64,000 nt of DNA from Emiliania huxleyi CCMP1516 (lineage: Eukaryota), in the NCBI RefSeq assembly GCF_000372725.1, contig NW_005201102.1, positions 248,001 to 312,000 of the forward strand, read 5' to 3'. Made by a program: the position numbers and the translations under genes. Of this stretch, positions 45,577 through 58,506 are shown piece after piece. Under the pieces are notes generated by a model. It saw nothing but the letters and a program-made list of their open reading frames with translations, was not told where the DNA came from and searched no databases. How positions within the stretch are numbered: the stretch's first letter is position 1; every line of letters begins with the position of its first letter.

Positions 45577-46400
45577 TTGACTCGGTTTCAGTCTCCTCAG
45601 CTCTGAGGAGCCCCCAAAAGAGCAGAAAATGCAAAAAAGATGCAACTCCCCAAAGTCGATCACCTCTCGAGAGAGCCCTTGCCGCTCCTGCATCTTCTGC
45701 GTTTCGGCCCGCCCACGTCCGACACACGGCGTGCGAATGCTCGCGCTGATCGCCATCATGACGGTCGGAATAGAGCTTCGTGATGCCAACGCGACACCTA
45801 CAACGATTGCTGTCAGTAACGTCAACATGACGGATGCAAGCGCAAACGCCATTCTCGAGTACGACACAGTGGCTCACATCTTCAAGCAGGCGCGTCAGCT
45901 CTTAACTCTCGTCCCCGATGTAGCTCTCTGCACCCGTAAGCTCGCGATTAGGTCGAAACCGCCGTCCTTTCTAACAAATCTCGCGAGTGGCCACCAGCGC
46001 TCGTGAGGCGCTTGCTCTTCGAGCACTGGAACCACATCAAGAAACCGAGCTCGAGGATGATCGTCCCCGGCAAGTGCCAGCGACTCGTCGAGCAGAAGCT
46101 TGCCGCACTGAAAAAAGCACAAGCGTAGTGCTGTGTGCGCGTTTCGAATCAGGCTCATATCTCTCAATCTCGCTGTAGGCGCTCGCGCCTGACATCTTCA
46201 ACATCTATTAAGGGCGAGATGCGTCCGAGACGAGCGCGCTTCAGGGTGCTATTCGCGAGGCAATGAAGAGCATCCGCGAGTCGGACCCGACCGCCATCGC
46301 CTCTCCCGGCATTGCAAAGGCACCGCCGTGCACATTCGCTCACAACTCACCCTGTCGGCTCTGCAAGTCCCACATCTCCAACGTGTCAAGAAGTCAATGT
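45577..46400 (+). mobile_element. Longer copy of the 14688..15290 repeat; degenerate coding remnant
   Basis: Aligns to 14688..15290. The VRRLLFEHWNH.KKP...MIVPGK frame is conserved in both copies and interrupted by stops. Confidence 0.55.
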
Positions 46401-46852
46401 ACCGAGAATCAACAACAAATCAACAACAACTCATCAACAATCGAGGAAGTAGCCGCTCTTCATGCGGTACCTGCCTCTCGAGCAGTAGCTCGTGTCATCT
46501 ACTCAGTTTCTTCTCGTGCAGTAGCTCATTCGAGCTATTTCACCTCACCCAACGACTAAACAATTAAATTCCGTCTCGAGCGGAGAGGTTTCGGGATGCG
46601 CTCCGAACGACGGGTCCGTCTGGCAGGCGGCCTCGCTCGCGTCCCAGGTGACGTCGCTGGGGAGGGCGGCCCGAGTGCGGCCTCCCGCCTTGACGTTAAC
46701 GCAGGTATGGGTGGACGCTAGACAGATGATGACGACACGCACGAGCGACACACAGACACAAACAGGCTGACAAGACAGAGAATTAGTTCAACTGTGAACG
46801 GGGACTCCTGCGGGACTTCCAATCTCGGCGAGAGTGTCCTCAATTGCCTGCG

Positions 46853-47726
46853 ATGTCCCTCACCTCGTTTATCGCGCCGGCGGGTCGCGCCGGCGGGTCC
46901 TGCGTTAACGTCAAGACGGGAGGCCGCACTCGGGCCGCCCTCCCCAGCGACGTCACCTGGGACGCGAGCGAGGCCGCCTGCCAGGAGCAGTGCCTCGGGC
47001 TGAAGTGGTGCACTGGATACGAATACCAGATCTTTACCCGACCGCGCGGCCGCACGCGCTGCATCCTGCAGCGGCTCCCCATCAAGCAGGCCGTGCCGGC
47101 GACCGCCTTTGACGCCGTCTGCAAGATAAAGGTGAGAAACGTCCGGCTGCCCGCTGCCTCCCCACCGCCGCCGCCACCCCTGCCCTTCGCCCTGCCGCAA
47201 GGCGTGTGGTGGGCGCCACCGCCATCGCCTTTACCGCCACCCGCGCAGCCGCCGCCGCCCTCTCCGCCGCCGCCGCCCTCTCGGCCGCCGCCGCCGCCGC
47301 GCCCGCCCACTCCGCCTCCTCGCCCTCCGAGTCCGCCTCCCAGCCCTCCACTGCCGTGGGCGCCACCGCCATCGCCTTTACCGCCACCCGCGCAGCCGCC
47401 GCCGCCCTCTCCGCCGCCGCCGCCCTCTCGGCCGCCGCCGCCGCCGCGCCCGCCCACTCCGCCTCCTCGCCCTCCGAGTCCGCCTCCCAGCCCTCCACTG
47501 CCGTGCAGCGTGGTGCCGCGGGCGAGGTGCGGCGGCGCCCTCGCCTGCTACAAGGACGAGGCATGCTACACGCCGTGGAGAGACGCGCATAAAGGCCTGG
47601 GATGCAACGCCGGGGGAGTCCATCCCGCCTGCCGCTACTGCGGCGGCAGAGATGTGCCACCGTGCCCAGAAGAGCCACCGCCCTCGGCGCCGCCGCCGCC
47701 GCTGCTGCCGCCGCCTCCTCTTCCGC

Positions 47727-47757
<31 letters not shown>

Positions 47758-48053
47758 CTCACCGCCCCCACCGTCACCGCCACCCGCGCGCCCGCCGCCG
47801 CCCTCGCCGCCGCCACCTTCACCGCCGCCCCCGTCACCGCCCCCCTCTCCGCCCCCGTCGTCGCCACCGCCGTCTCCACCGCCGCCCTCGCCGCCCCCCT
47901 CGCCGCCCCCGCCGCCCCCGTCGCCCCCCTCGCCGCCCCCGTCGCCCCCCCCCTCTCCGCCGCCGTCGTCGCCACCGCCGCCGCCGCCGCCGTCGCCGCC
48001 CCCCTCACTCCCCCCCTCACCGCCGCCGTCGGCGCCCCCCTTACCGCCGTCGC
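46853..48053 (+). CDS. Pro-rich (extensin-like) protein with PAN/apple-like and Cys-rich modules; runs into a gap
   Basis: ACQEQCLGLKWCTGYEY...RC; (SPPPP)n; CYKDEAC...GLGCNAGG.HPACRYCG. Confidence 0.7.
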
Positions 48054-50205
48054 NNNNNNNNNNNNNNNNNNNNNNNNNNNNNNNNNNNNNNNNNNNNNNN
48101 NNNNNNNNNNNNNNNNNNNNNNNNNNNNNNNNNNNNNNNNNNNNNNNNNNNNNCAGAACCCTCCCCGCCCCCGCCGCCCTCCCCACACACAGTGTTTCAC
48201 ACACCCACCGCACGCCGCGCCCGCACGCCCACCGCCCCGCCTAGTGTCTCTCCGTAGGACCGAGTGACTTCGCGAGAAGTCACTCTTCAAAGCGTTCACA
48301 CGAGGCATCGCGACCGTTTCTTGCGCCGATCTTTGATCAAAATCAAGGCTAACCAGCCTAGAGATGACCCCTAGACACTCACCTTCCTTGCCGACAGCCC
48401 ACGCTGCGTCCGTCTCTGAAGCACCTCAAGTACGCCGGTTGAGACGCGCCCGAAACGGGGTGACTTCTAAAAGTCACTCCGCATGTGGGCCGCCCTCGCG
48501 GTCGTCTGACGCGCCCTCCGGCCGCCGCACACTCGTCACTCACCCCCTCTCACCTCTAGATGATGCGGCGGCGCGCACGGGGCACCGCGGCGGCCGGCGC
48601 CGCCGCTGCCGGCACAGGCGCAGGCTCAGGTCGCCGGTACGGCGATGGACGATCGCCGCGTCGCGGCGGGGGGCGCTGCTGTGCCCGATGCGACGGCTCC
48701 TCTTCGAGCAGGTGCTTGGCAAAGCCGGTGAGGGTCGCCAGCTTTTGTCCCGACCGGGCTGAAGATCGCGTAGCCAACCTGGCTCGGGTCCGGGAAGCAC
48801 TGTGTGCAGTGGTAGGACCGCATGTACCCGCACTGATGCTTCTTGCTTGAGCACGAGCACAATAAACACGAGCACAGACGCCGTGTCGCCTAGGGCTGTC
48901 CGCCTCAAACGTCGCACGGCGCCTCGAATTCGCGCAGACCAATGTAGTCGATGCCGGAGCGTGCGCATTGGTATTCAGAGTCTGAGGTAGGCGGCGGCGG
49001 CGCGCAGTAAGCGCAGTAATGCATTCGATTTGGATACCGGCGCTTGCGTGGGAGCGCAGACAGCGTCGGCCGCGGTGTGCCAGCGAATGTGGTGGTCCTC
49101 TTGTCCACTGCGTCCGAGCCGAACTAGCTGTCCACACGAGAAGCGGCGGCGCTGGGAGAGCCACGACGAGGTCGACCGCCTCGACCAGTCAGCCTCCGGC
49201 ACAGCATTGGGTGCCTGCATGTCGCCGGGATTGCGTCGCTTGTGTCATCGCGTAGCGGTGCGGAGGCAGCGCCGTATATCGCCTCTTGCCCGCGGGGACG
49301 AGCGCTCCAGCGGAGGCCGGTAAGGTAAGGTAAGGTAAGGTGAACTTCCGTCTGACGACAGGAGCCCCACGGCATTCAAAGTGCAAGGCCCAGTGCGCGT
49401 GGGTGAGCGGTGTGTGTGTGTGTGTCACGTCACTGCATCCTCCGCCGGTTCCTCCCGTCGCCTCTTCTTTGTTCGAATGTATTTCAATCCATCCTTCACG
49501 AAGCCCTCCCATGTAGCTAGCGTTCTTTGCGAATGTCTCGAAGTGGCCAGCAGGCGCTTGTCTGCTCGCGGCCTGTGCGGGCCGCTCGTCCTCCTCGCCC
49601 TTCTTTCGTCCTCCCATCCCTCCCCTCCACCATGGCCTTCTCGGCACTTCTTTCTCCATCCGCCTCGCCCTGCCTTTTCGTATCGTGCCGTTCGCCCTCC
49701 ATTTGGTGACCTCCAGGGCTGTCCGCCTCCTTTAAACAAAACAAATCTCTCTCTCTCTCTTTGGTATATTTCTCTCGGGAATTCACATCGGTGTATTCCT
49801 CTTTGGTATAATCCACTTTGGTATATTCCTGTTGCCTGTTGGGTATTTCTCTTTGTATATTCCTCTTGGGTATATTCCTCTGATTCACGTCGGTATATTC
49901 CTCTCGGGTATAGTCCTCTGGGAATTCACTTCGGTACATTCCTCTTGGGTATATTTCTCTGAAGTTCCCCCTTGAGGGGTCGCCGGAGCCTACTGTGTGA
50001 ATTCGCGGAGCGAAGAAAATTTTTTCGGAATACGTCCATTTTTGGAGCTTGGAATACGGCGTATTCCATGGAATACGTGGAATACGGGTGGAATACGGGT
50101 GGAATACGTATTCACACAGTAGGCGCCGGAGGCGACATCTCGGCATAGCGTGCCGGGGAACGCTCCACATCCCAAAACGGGAACGCACTGCTCGTGAAGC
50201 AGAGG

Positions 50206-50504
50206 ATGCCGTTCGAGCCGCTTCGAGGGCCCGCCGGTGCGTGCCGTACCGCCAGCGGCGCGCGTGGCGGCGGACCAGCCTTGTGGGGAATCAGCCTCTC
50301 CGAGTGCAAGGCGCTCTGTGAGGCTAGCGGAGCGTGTGTGGCAGCGCAGCACGCATCCACACCGAAAAAGCGAGGCAGGGTGGACATGGCATGCGAGCTG
50401 ATTTTGGCGCCTGCACGCGTCTCTCACACCCTGCCTCTCGCTAACACCGTGTGCTTGCTCAAGCGGGCCGAGCCGTCGCCACCAGCTTTGTCGCAACAGC
50501 GTGC

Positions 50505-50552
<48 letters not shown>

Positions 50553-51379
50553 TCCGCCGCTGCCGCTGCCGCCTCCGCCGCCTCCGCCTCCGCCGCCGCC
50601 ACCAACTTTGCCGCCATCGCCGCACCCTCCGCCTCCGCCACCACCGTCGCCACCGTCGCCGCCGTCACCACCGCCACCCGCGCAGCCGCCCTCCACGCCG
50701 CCGCCAGCCCCACCGCCGCCGCTGCCGCCGCCCTCTCCGCTGCCAGCAACGCCGCCCTCCATCCCGCCCTCCATCCCGCCCTCCACACAGCCCTTTGCGC
50801 CGCCCTCCATACCACCCTCCATGCCGCCTTCCACGCCACCAGCGCCGCCGCCTCCCACGCCGCCGCCTCCGGCACCGCCGCCGCCGCCGCCCTCTCCGCC
50901 GCCGCCGCCCTCTCGGCCGCCGCCGCCGCCGCGCCCGCCCACTCCGCCTCCTCGCCCTCCGAGTCCGCCTCCCAGCCCTCCACTGCCGTGGGCGCCACCG
51001 CCATCGCCTTTACCGCCACCCGCGCAGCCGCCGCCGCCCTCTCCGCCGCCGCCGCCCTCTCGGCCGCCGCCGCCGCCCTCTCGGCCGCCGCCGCCGCCGC
51101 GCCCGCCCACTCCGCCTCCTCGCCCTCCGAGTCCGCCTCCCAGCCCTCCACTGCCGTGCAGCGTGGTGCCGCGGGCGAGGTGCGGCGGCGCCCTCGCCTG
51201 CTACAAGGACGAGGCATGCTACACGCCGTGGAGAGACGCGCATAAAGGCCTGGGATGCAACGCCGGGTCAGTCCATCCCGCCTGCCGCTACTGCGGCGGC
51301 AGAGATGTGCCACCGTGCCCAGAAGAGCCACCGCCCTCGGCGCCGCCGCCGCCGCCGCTGCCGCCGCCTCCTCTTCCGC

Positions 51380-51410
<31 letters not shown>

Positions 51411-51584
51411 CTCACCGCCCCCACCGTCACCGCCACCCGCGCGCCCGCCGCCGCCCTCGCCGCCGCCACCTTCACCGCCGCCCCCGTCACCGCCACCGTC
51501 GCCGCCGCCGTCGCCGCCACCGCCGTCGCCACCGCCGCCATCGCCGCCGCCGTCGCCGCCACCGCCGCCGCCGCCACCACCGCC

Positions 51585-51635
<51 letters not shown>

Positions 51636-51723
51636 ACCGCCATCACCGCCGCCGCCGCCGCCGCCGCCACCGCCGCCGCCGCCGCCACCGCCACCGCCGC
51701 CACCGCCACCGCCGCCGCCGCCG
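50206..51723 (+). CDS. Pro-rich protein with PAN/apple-like and Cys-rich modules; runs into a gap
   Basis: SLSECKALCEASGACVA...CEL; poly-Pro; same CYKDEAC module as 46853..48053. Confidence 0.65.
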
Positions 51724-53444
51724 NNNNNNNNNNNNNNNNNNNNNNNNNNNNNNNNNNNNNNNNNNNNNNNNNNNNNNNNNNNNNNNNNNNNNNNNNNNNN
51801 NNNNNNNNNNNNNNNNNNNNNNNNNNNNNNNNNNNNNNNNNNNNNNNNNNNNNNNNNNNNNNNNNNNNNNNNNNNNNNNNNNNNNNNNNNNNNNNNNNNN
51901 NNNNNNNNNNNNNNNNNNNNNNNNNNNNNNNNNNNNNNNNNNNNNNNNNNNNNNNNNNNNNNNNNNNNNNNNNNNNNNNNNNNNNNNNNNNNNNNNNNNN
52001 NNNNNNNNNNNNNNNNNNNNNNNNNNNNNNNNNNNNNNNNNNNNNNNNNNNNNNNNNNNNNNNNNNNNNNNNNNNNNNNNNNNNNNNNNNNNNNNNNNNN
52101 NNNNNNNNNNNNNNNNNNNNNNNNNNNNNNNNNNNNNNNNNNNNNNNNNNNNNNNNNNNNNNNNNNNNNNNNCCCCTTCCCTCACTACCCCCCTCCGCCC
52201 CCCCTCCTCCCTCTCCGTGGTCCCCAGAACCCTCCCCGCCCCCGCCGCCCTCCCCACACACAGTGTTTCACACACCCACCGCACGCCGCGCCCGCACGCC
52301 CACCGCCCCGCCTAGTGTCTCTCCGTAGGACCGAGTGACTTCGCGAGAAGTCACTCTTCAAAGCGTTCACACGAGGCATCGCGACCGTTTCTTGCGCCGA
52401 TCTTTGATCAAAATCAAGGCTAACCAGCCTAGAGATGACCCCTAGACACTCACCTTCCTTGCCGACAGCCCACGCTGCGTCCGTCTCTGAAGCACCTCAA
52501 GTACGCCGGTTGAGACGCGCCCGAAACGGGGTGACTTCTAAAAGTCACTCCGCATGTGGGCCGCCCTCGCGGTCGTCTGACGCGCCCTCCGGCCGCCGCA
52601 CACTCGCCACTCACCCCCTCTCACCTCTAGATGATGCGGCGGCGCGCACGGGGCACCGCGGCGGCCGGCGCCGCCGCTGCCGGCACAGGCGCAGGCTCAG
52701 GTCGCCGGTACGGCGATGGACGATCGCCGCGTCGCGGCGGGGGGCGCTGCTGTGCCCGATGCGACGGCTCCTCTTCGAGCAGGTGCTTGGCAAAGCCGGT
52801 GAGGGTCGCCAGCTTTTGTCCCGACCGGGCTGAAGATCGCGTAGCCAACCTGGCTCGGGTCCGGGAAGCACTGTGTGCAGTGGTAGGACCGCATGTACCC
52901 GCACTGATGCTTCTTGCTTGAGCACGAGCACAATAAACACGAGCACAGACGCCGTGTCGCCTAGGGCTGTCCGCCTCAAACGTCGCACGGCGCCTCGAAT
53001 TCGCGCAGACCAATGTAGTCGATGCCGGAGCGTGCGCATTGGTATTCAGAGTCTGAGGTAGGCGGCGTCGCGCAGTAAGCGCAGTAATGCATTCGATTTG
53101 GATACCGGCGCTTGCGTGGGAGCGCAGACAGCGTCGGCCGCGGTGTGCCAGCGAATGTGGTGGTCCTCTTGTCCACTGCGTCCGAGCCGAACCAGCTGTC
53201 CACACGAGAAGCGGCGGCGCTGGGAGAGCCACGACGAGGTCGACCGCCTCGACCAGTCAGCCTCCGGCACAGCATTGGGTGCCTGCATGTCGCCGGGATT
53301 GCGTCGCTTGTGTCATCGCGTAGCGGTGCGGAGGCAGCGCCGTATATCGCCTCTTGCCCGCGGGGACGAGCGCTCCAGCGGAGGGCCGGAATATGTGCGC
53401 GCGGGGGCGAGTGACTTCGAGAAGTCACTAAGTGACTTCTAGAT

Positions 53445-53795
53445 ATCCCTTAGGTATTTCCTTGGGGTATTTCCTTTGGTATAATCCTCTGGGGTATATT
53501 CCTCTGGGGATTTCTTTATGTATATGGGGAATTCACTTTGGTATATTCCTGTTGGGTATTCCTCTTTGTATATTCCTCTGTGGTATATTCCTCTTTGGTA
53601 TATTGCAAACAAAACAAATCTCTCTCTCTCTCTCTCTTTGGTATATTTCTCTCGGGAATTCACATCGGTGTATTCCTCTTTGGTATAATCCACTTTGGTA
53701 TATTCCTGTTGGGTATTTCTCTTTGTATATTCCTCTTGGGTATATTCCTCTGATTCACGTCGGTATATTCCTCTCGGGTATAGTCCTCTGGGAAT
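53445..53795. repeat. AT-rich GGTATATTCCTCT-type satellite
   Basis: Degenerate ~14-16 bp units; also at 49760..49960. Confidence 0.85.
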
Positions 53796-54120
53796 TCAGA
53801 AAGAAAGAAAGAAAACGGACAACCCAAGGGAGGGATGGGAGGACGGCACGCCGCCACACACAGGGATTTTAAGGAGAGGGGTGAGGTGCACTAGCCGTCG
53901 CCCACCCTTGGGCGTCCGCCTCTTCCTATCTCTCTTCGCAGTCTCTCTCCGATTCTCGCTGCGACCTTCGTGCCACCTCGCGGTCGCTTCGGTACATTCC
54001 TGTTGGGTATATTTCTCTGAAGTTCCCCCCTTGAGGGGTCGCCGGAGGCGACATCTCGGCATAGCGTGCCGGGGAACGCTCCCGATCCCAAAACGGGATG
54101 CACTGCTCGTGAAGCAGAGG

Positions 54121-54419
54121 ATGCCGTTCGAGCCGCTTCGAGGGCCCGCCGGTGCGTGCCGTACCGCCAGCGGCGCGCGTGGCGGCGGACCAGCCTTGTG
54201 GGGAATCAGCCTCTCCGAGTGCAAGGCGCTCTGTGAGGCTAGCGGAGCGTGTGTGGCAGCGCAGCACGCATCCACACCAAAAAAGCGAGGCAGGGTGGAC
54301 ATGGCATGCGAGCTGATTTTGGCGCCTGCACGCGTCTCTCACACCCTGCCGCTCGCTAACACCGTGTGCTTGCTCAAGCGGGCCGAGCCGTCGCCACCAG
54401 CTTTGTCGCAACAGCGTGC

Positions 54420-54473
<54 letters not shown>

Positions 54474-54955
54474 TCCGCCGCTGCCGCTGCCGCCTCCGCC
54501 GCCTCCGCCTCCGCCGCCGCCACCAACTTTGCCGCCATCGCCGCACCCTCCGCCTCCGCCACCACCGTCGCCACCGTCGCCGCCGTCACCACCGCCACCC
54601 GCGCAGCCGCCCTCCACGCCGCCGCCAGCCCCACCGCCGCCGCTGCCGCCGCCCTCTCCGCTGCCAGCAACGCCGCCCTCCATCCCGCCCTCCACCCCGC
54701 CCTCCACACAGCCCTTTGCGCCGCCCTCCATACCACCCTCCATGCCGCCTTCCACGCCACCAGCGCCGCCGCCTCCCACGCCGCCGCCTCCGGCACCGCC
54801 GCCGCCGCCGCCCTCTCCGCCGCCGCCGCCCTCTCGGCCGCCGCCGCCGCCGCGCCCGCCCACTCCGCCTCCTCGCCCTCCGAGTCCGCCTCCCAGCCCT
54901 CCACTGCCAGTGGGCGCCACCGCCATCGCCTTTACCGCCACCCGCGCAGCCGCCG
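54121..54955 (+). CDS. Third Pro-rich protein copy; 3' end disrupted or low quality
   Basis: Near-identical to 50206..51030; frameshift near 54910, close to a gap. Confidence 0.55.
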
Positions 54956-56401
54956 CTGCCCTCTCCGTGGGACGGTTCCATCTCGGGCGCCTACTGCTTC
55001 CTTCTCAACTGCCGACCCTGTCCACTTCCGTTCCATCTTGACTCCTTCCCCCTTCGAGTCTTGCCTCTCACGACCTAAAATTTCCATTGAATATAGCATT
55101 CCCCTTGACAAAGGCTGCTACTGTTCCCCCCCTACCTCTTCATAGGTATGAATTCACGCTTACATCCCCTCTTAATAGACTTTATTAAACGTCCTTNNNN
55201 NNNNNNNNNNNNNNNNNNNNNNNNNNNNNNNNNNNNNNNNNNNNNNNNNNNNNNNNNNNNNNNNNNNNNNNNNNNNNNNNNNNNNNNNNNNNNNNNNNNN
55301 NNNNNNNNNNNNNNNNNNNNNNNNNNNNNNNNNNNNNNNNNNNNNNNNNNNNNNNNNNNNNNNNNNNNNNNNNNNNNNNNNNNNNNNNNNNNNNNNNNNN
55401 NNNNNNNNNNNNNNNNNNNNNNNNNNNNNNNNNNNNNNNNNNNNNNNNNNNNNNNNNNNNNNNNNNGCACGCGGCACCGAGGCGGACGGCGCCGCCGCTG
55501 CCGGCACAGGCGCAGGCTCAGGTCGCCGGTACGGCGATGGACGATCGCCGCGTCGCGGCGGGGGGCGCTGCTGTGCCCGATGCGACGGCTCCTCTTCGAG
55601 CAGGTGCTTGGCAAAGCCGGTGAGGGTCGCCAGCTTTTGTCCCGACCGGGCTGAAGATCGCGTAGCCAACCTGGCTCGGGTCCGGGAAGCACTGTGTGCA
55701 GTGGTAGGACCGCATGTACCCGCACTGATGCTTCTTGCTTGAGCACGAGCACAATAAACACGAGCACAGACGCCGTGTCGCCTAGGGCTGTCCGCCTCAA
55801 ACGTCGCACGGCGCCTCGAATTCGCGCAGACCAATGTAGTATGTAGTCGATGCCGGAGCGTGCGCATTGGTATTGAGAGTCTGAGGTAGGCGGCGTCGCG
55901 CAGTAAGCGCAGTATAATGCATTCGATTTGGATACCGGCGCTTGCGTGGGAGCGCAGACAGCGTCGGCCGCGGTGTGCCAGCGAATGTGGTGGTCCTCTT
56001 GTCCACTGCGTCCGAGCCGAACCAGCTGTCCACACGAGAAGCGGCGGCGCGTGGGAGAGCCACGACGAGGTCGACCGCCTCGACCAGTCAGCCTCCGGCA
56101 CAGCATTGGGTGCCTGCATGTCGCCGGGATTGCGTCGCTTGTGTCATCGCGTAGCGGTGCGGAGGCAGCGCCGTATATCGCCTCTTGCCCGCGGGGACGA
56201 GCGCTCCAGCGGAAGCCGCAATCGTCTCGAGGAAAGAGAAAACAATGCTGGGAACTCCGCGGTAAGGTAAGGTAAGGTAAGGTAAACTTCTCCACACACA
56301 CGAGGTGGTGGGGCAAGGGGGGGGCAACCCTCGCGTCTCCACGTCTGACGACAGGAGCCCCACGACATTCAAAGTCCAAGGCCCAGAGCGCGTGGGTGAG
56401 C

Positions 56402-56577
<176 letters not shown>

Positions 56578-58506
56578 ACGTCACTGCATCCTCCGCCGGT
56601 TCCTCCCGTCGCCTCTTCTTTGTTCGAATGTATTTCAATCCATCCTTCACGAAGCCCTCCCATGTAGCTAGCGTTCTTTGCGAATGTCTTGAGATGGCCA
56701 GCAGGCGCTGTCTGCTCGCGGCCTGTGCGGGCCGCTCGTCCTCCTCGCCCTTCTTTCGTCCTCCCATCCCTCCCCTCCACCATGGCCTTCTCGGCACTTC
56801 TTTCTCCATCCGCCTCGCCCTGCCTTTTCGTATCGTGCCGTTCGCCCTCCATTTGGAGACCTCCATGGCTGTCCGCCTCCTTTTGGGTGGCGCTCTCGAT
56901 ACGGTTGCGTCAACCTCGACGTCGCTGTCGCCCTCCCCGTCCCCTCCGTCGTCCGTGCCTCGGTTCGCGTCATCGGTAGCGTCTCCGTTGTTCCCTCGTG
57001 CCCCGCCGTCGCCCTCTCTGCTCGGGCCGTTCGCGATCTCGCTCCTCCTGCGTGTCGCCCCTCCGGCTCCCCCCCTGCCTTCGTCGTCATCGTCGCTGTC
57101 GCGAAAGCCCTCCGGCCCCTCGATTCCCTCGCCTATCCCCTCCGCTGCGTCGTCCCAGTTTATATCCTCACTAGCAGGTTGGCTCGCTAGTCGCTCGCCG
57201 GCCCGCGCAGCACGCGCGGGCCTTTTTTGTGGTCGGATGTTGGTCGTCTCGAATTTGATCGTGGGCAGGGCGTGAGCCTTTAAGGCAGCTCGGTCGATGC
57301 GAGCCACTTGGCCTGTCCGAGGNNNNNNNNNNNNNNNNNNNNNNNNNNNNNNNNNNNNNNNNNNNNNNNNNNNNNNNNNNNNNNNNNNNNNNNNNNNNNN
57401 NNNNNNNNNNNNNNNNNNNNNNNNNNNNNNNNNNNNNNNNNNNNNNNNNNNNNNNNNNNNNNNNNNNNNNNNNNNNNNNNNNNNNNNNNNNNNNNNNNNN
57501 NNNNNNNNNNNNNNNNNNNNNNNNNNNNNNNNNNNNNNGGCGAAAAACCCGAAGGCTTAACAACATCCTAGGGTAGGGATGGGGCGTGCAGAGAAGCGCG
57601 CCCCCCTCACTGGAAGCGATGTGCGCCTGCTCTTAATGGACCCCCTTCCTCTCCCTCGCCACTGTCACTGTCGCCATCCCCGTCGCTACCGCCCTCCATC
57701 CCCGCCGCCCTTTGTCTCACACTCGTCTCTGCCGTGTCCGCTGTCGCCGCTGTCCTGTCTGTTGCGCTCTGTGCTCCGTGGTACAGTCGCTTATTGTTGC
57801 TCAGGATTAGCTCACACACCAGGACAGCCTCCGGCTCGTTATTTTGGCTTGCCGATATGCATCCAAAGTTCCACGCTAGCTCCTCCTTCGTCACGTCTAT
57901 CTTTTTGCAGTATCTAGCAAATGCCGTCCGCGCTTGCTGGGGTGTTATTGCGTTCGGATTCGCCCTCGTCCCCGCCTTGTATCCCATCTCCTTGCGGTGG
58001 CGCTCCTGTATGAGTCCCCATATGACCATGTGATTTCTTTGCCTTCCTTGACTCCTTTCTCTGCAAACAGGACCATCACTTGCGCAGCCGCCTTGCCTAA
58101 TTAGCGGAGGCCGCAATCGTCTCGAGGAAGGAGAAAACAATTTGCTTTGAACTCCGCCAAGCTGCTCTAGGAGCCTCTCCCGTCGCGGCCCGACTGGGGC
58201 CGAGTGGTCCGCGGGGGCTCGCCAGGGGCTCGCACGGTGCACGGGCCGGCCGCTAGAGCACGTACTGTGCTTAGTGATAGTGACTTCTTGAAGTCACTCC
58301 TAACACAGAAAAAGAAAGAAAGAAAACAGACAACCCAAGGGAGGGATGGGAGGACGGCACGCCGCCACCACAAAGGGATTTTAAGGAGAGGTGTGTGGTG
58401 CGCTAGCCGTCGCCCACCCTAGGGAGTCTGCCTCTTCCTATCTCTCTTCGCAGTCTCTCACATAGACACTAGGCCTGACGGTTTTTTTCTTCTAGATGGT
58501 GTTGCC

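Larger units (their letters stand above)
48154..56215. repeat. ~4-kb tandem segmental duplication, 2-3 copies
   Basis: 48154..49315 matches 52225..53385 (offset ~4071), with a partial third copy at 55467..56215. 50119..51030 matches 54040..54955. Confidence 0.9.
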
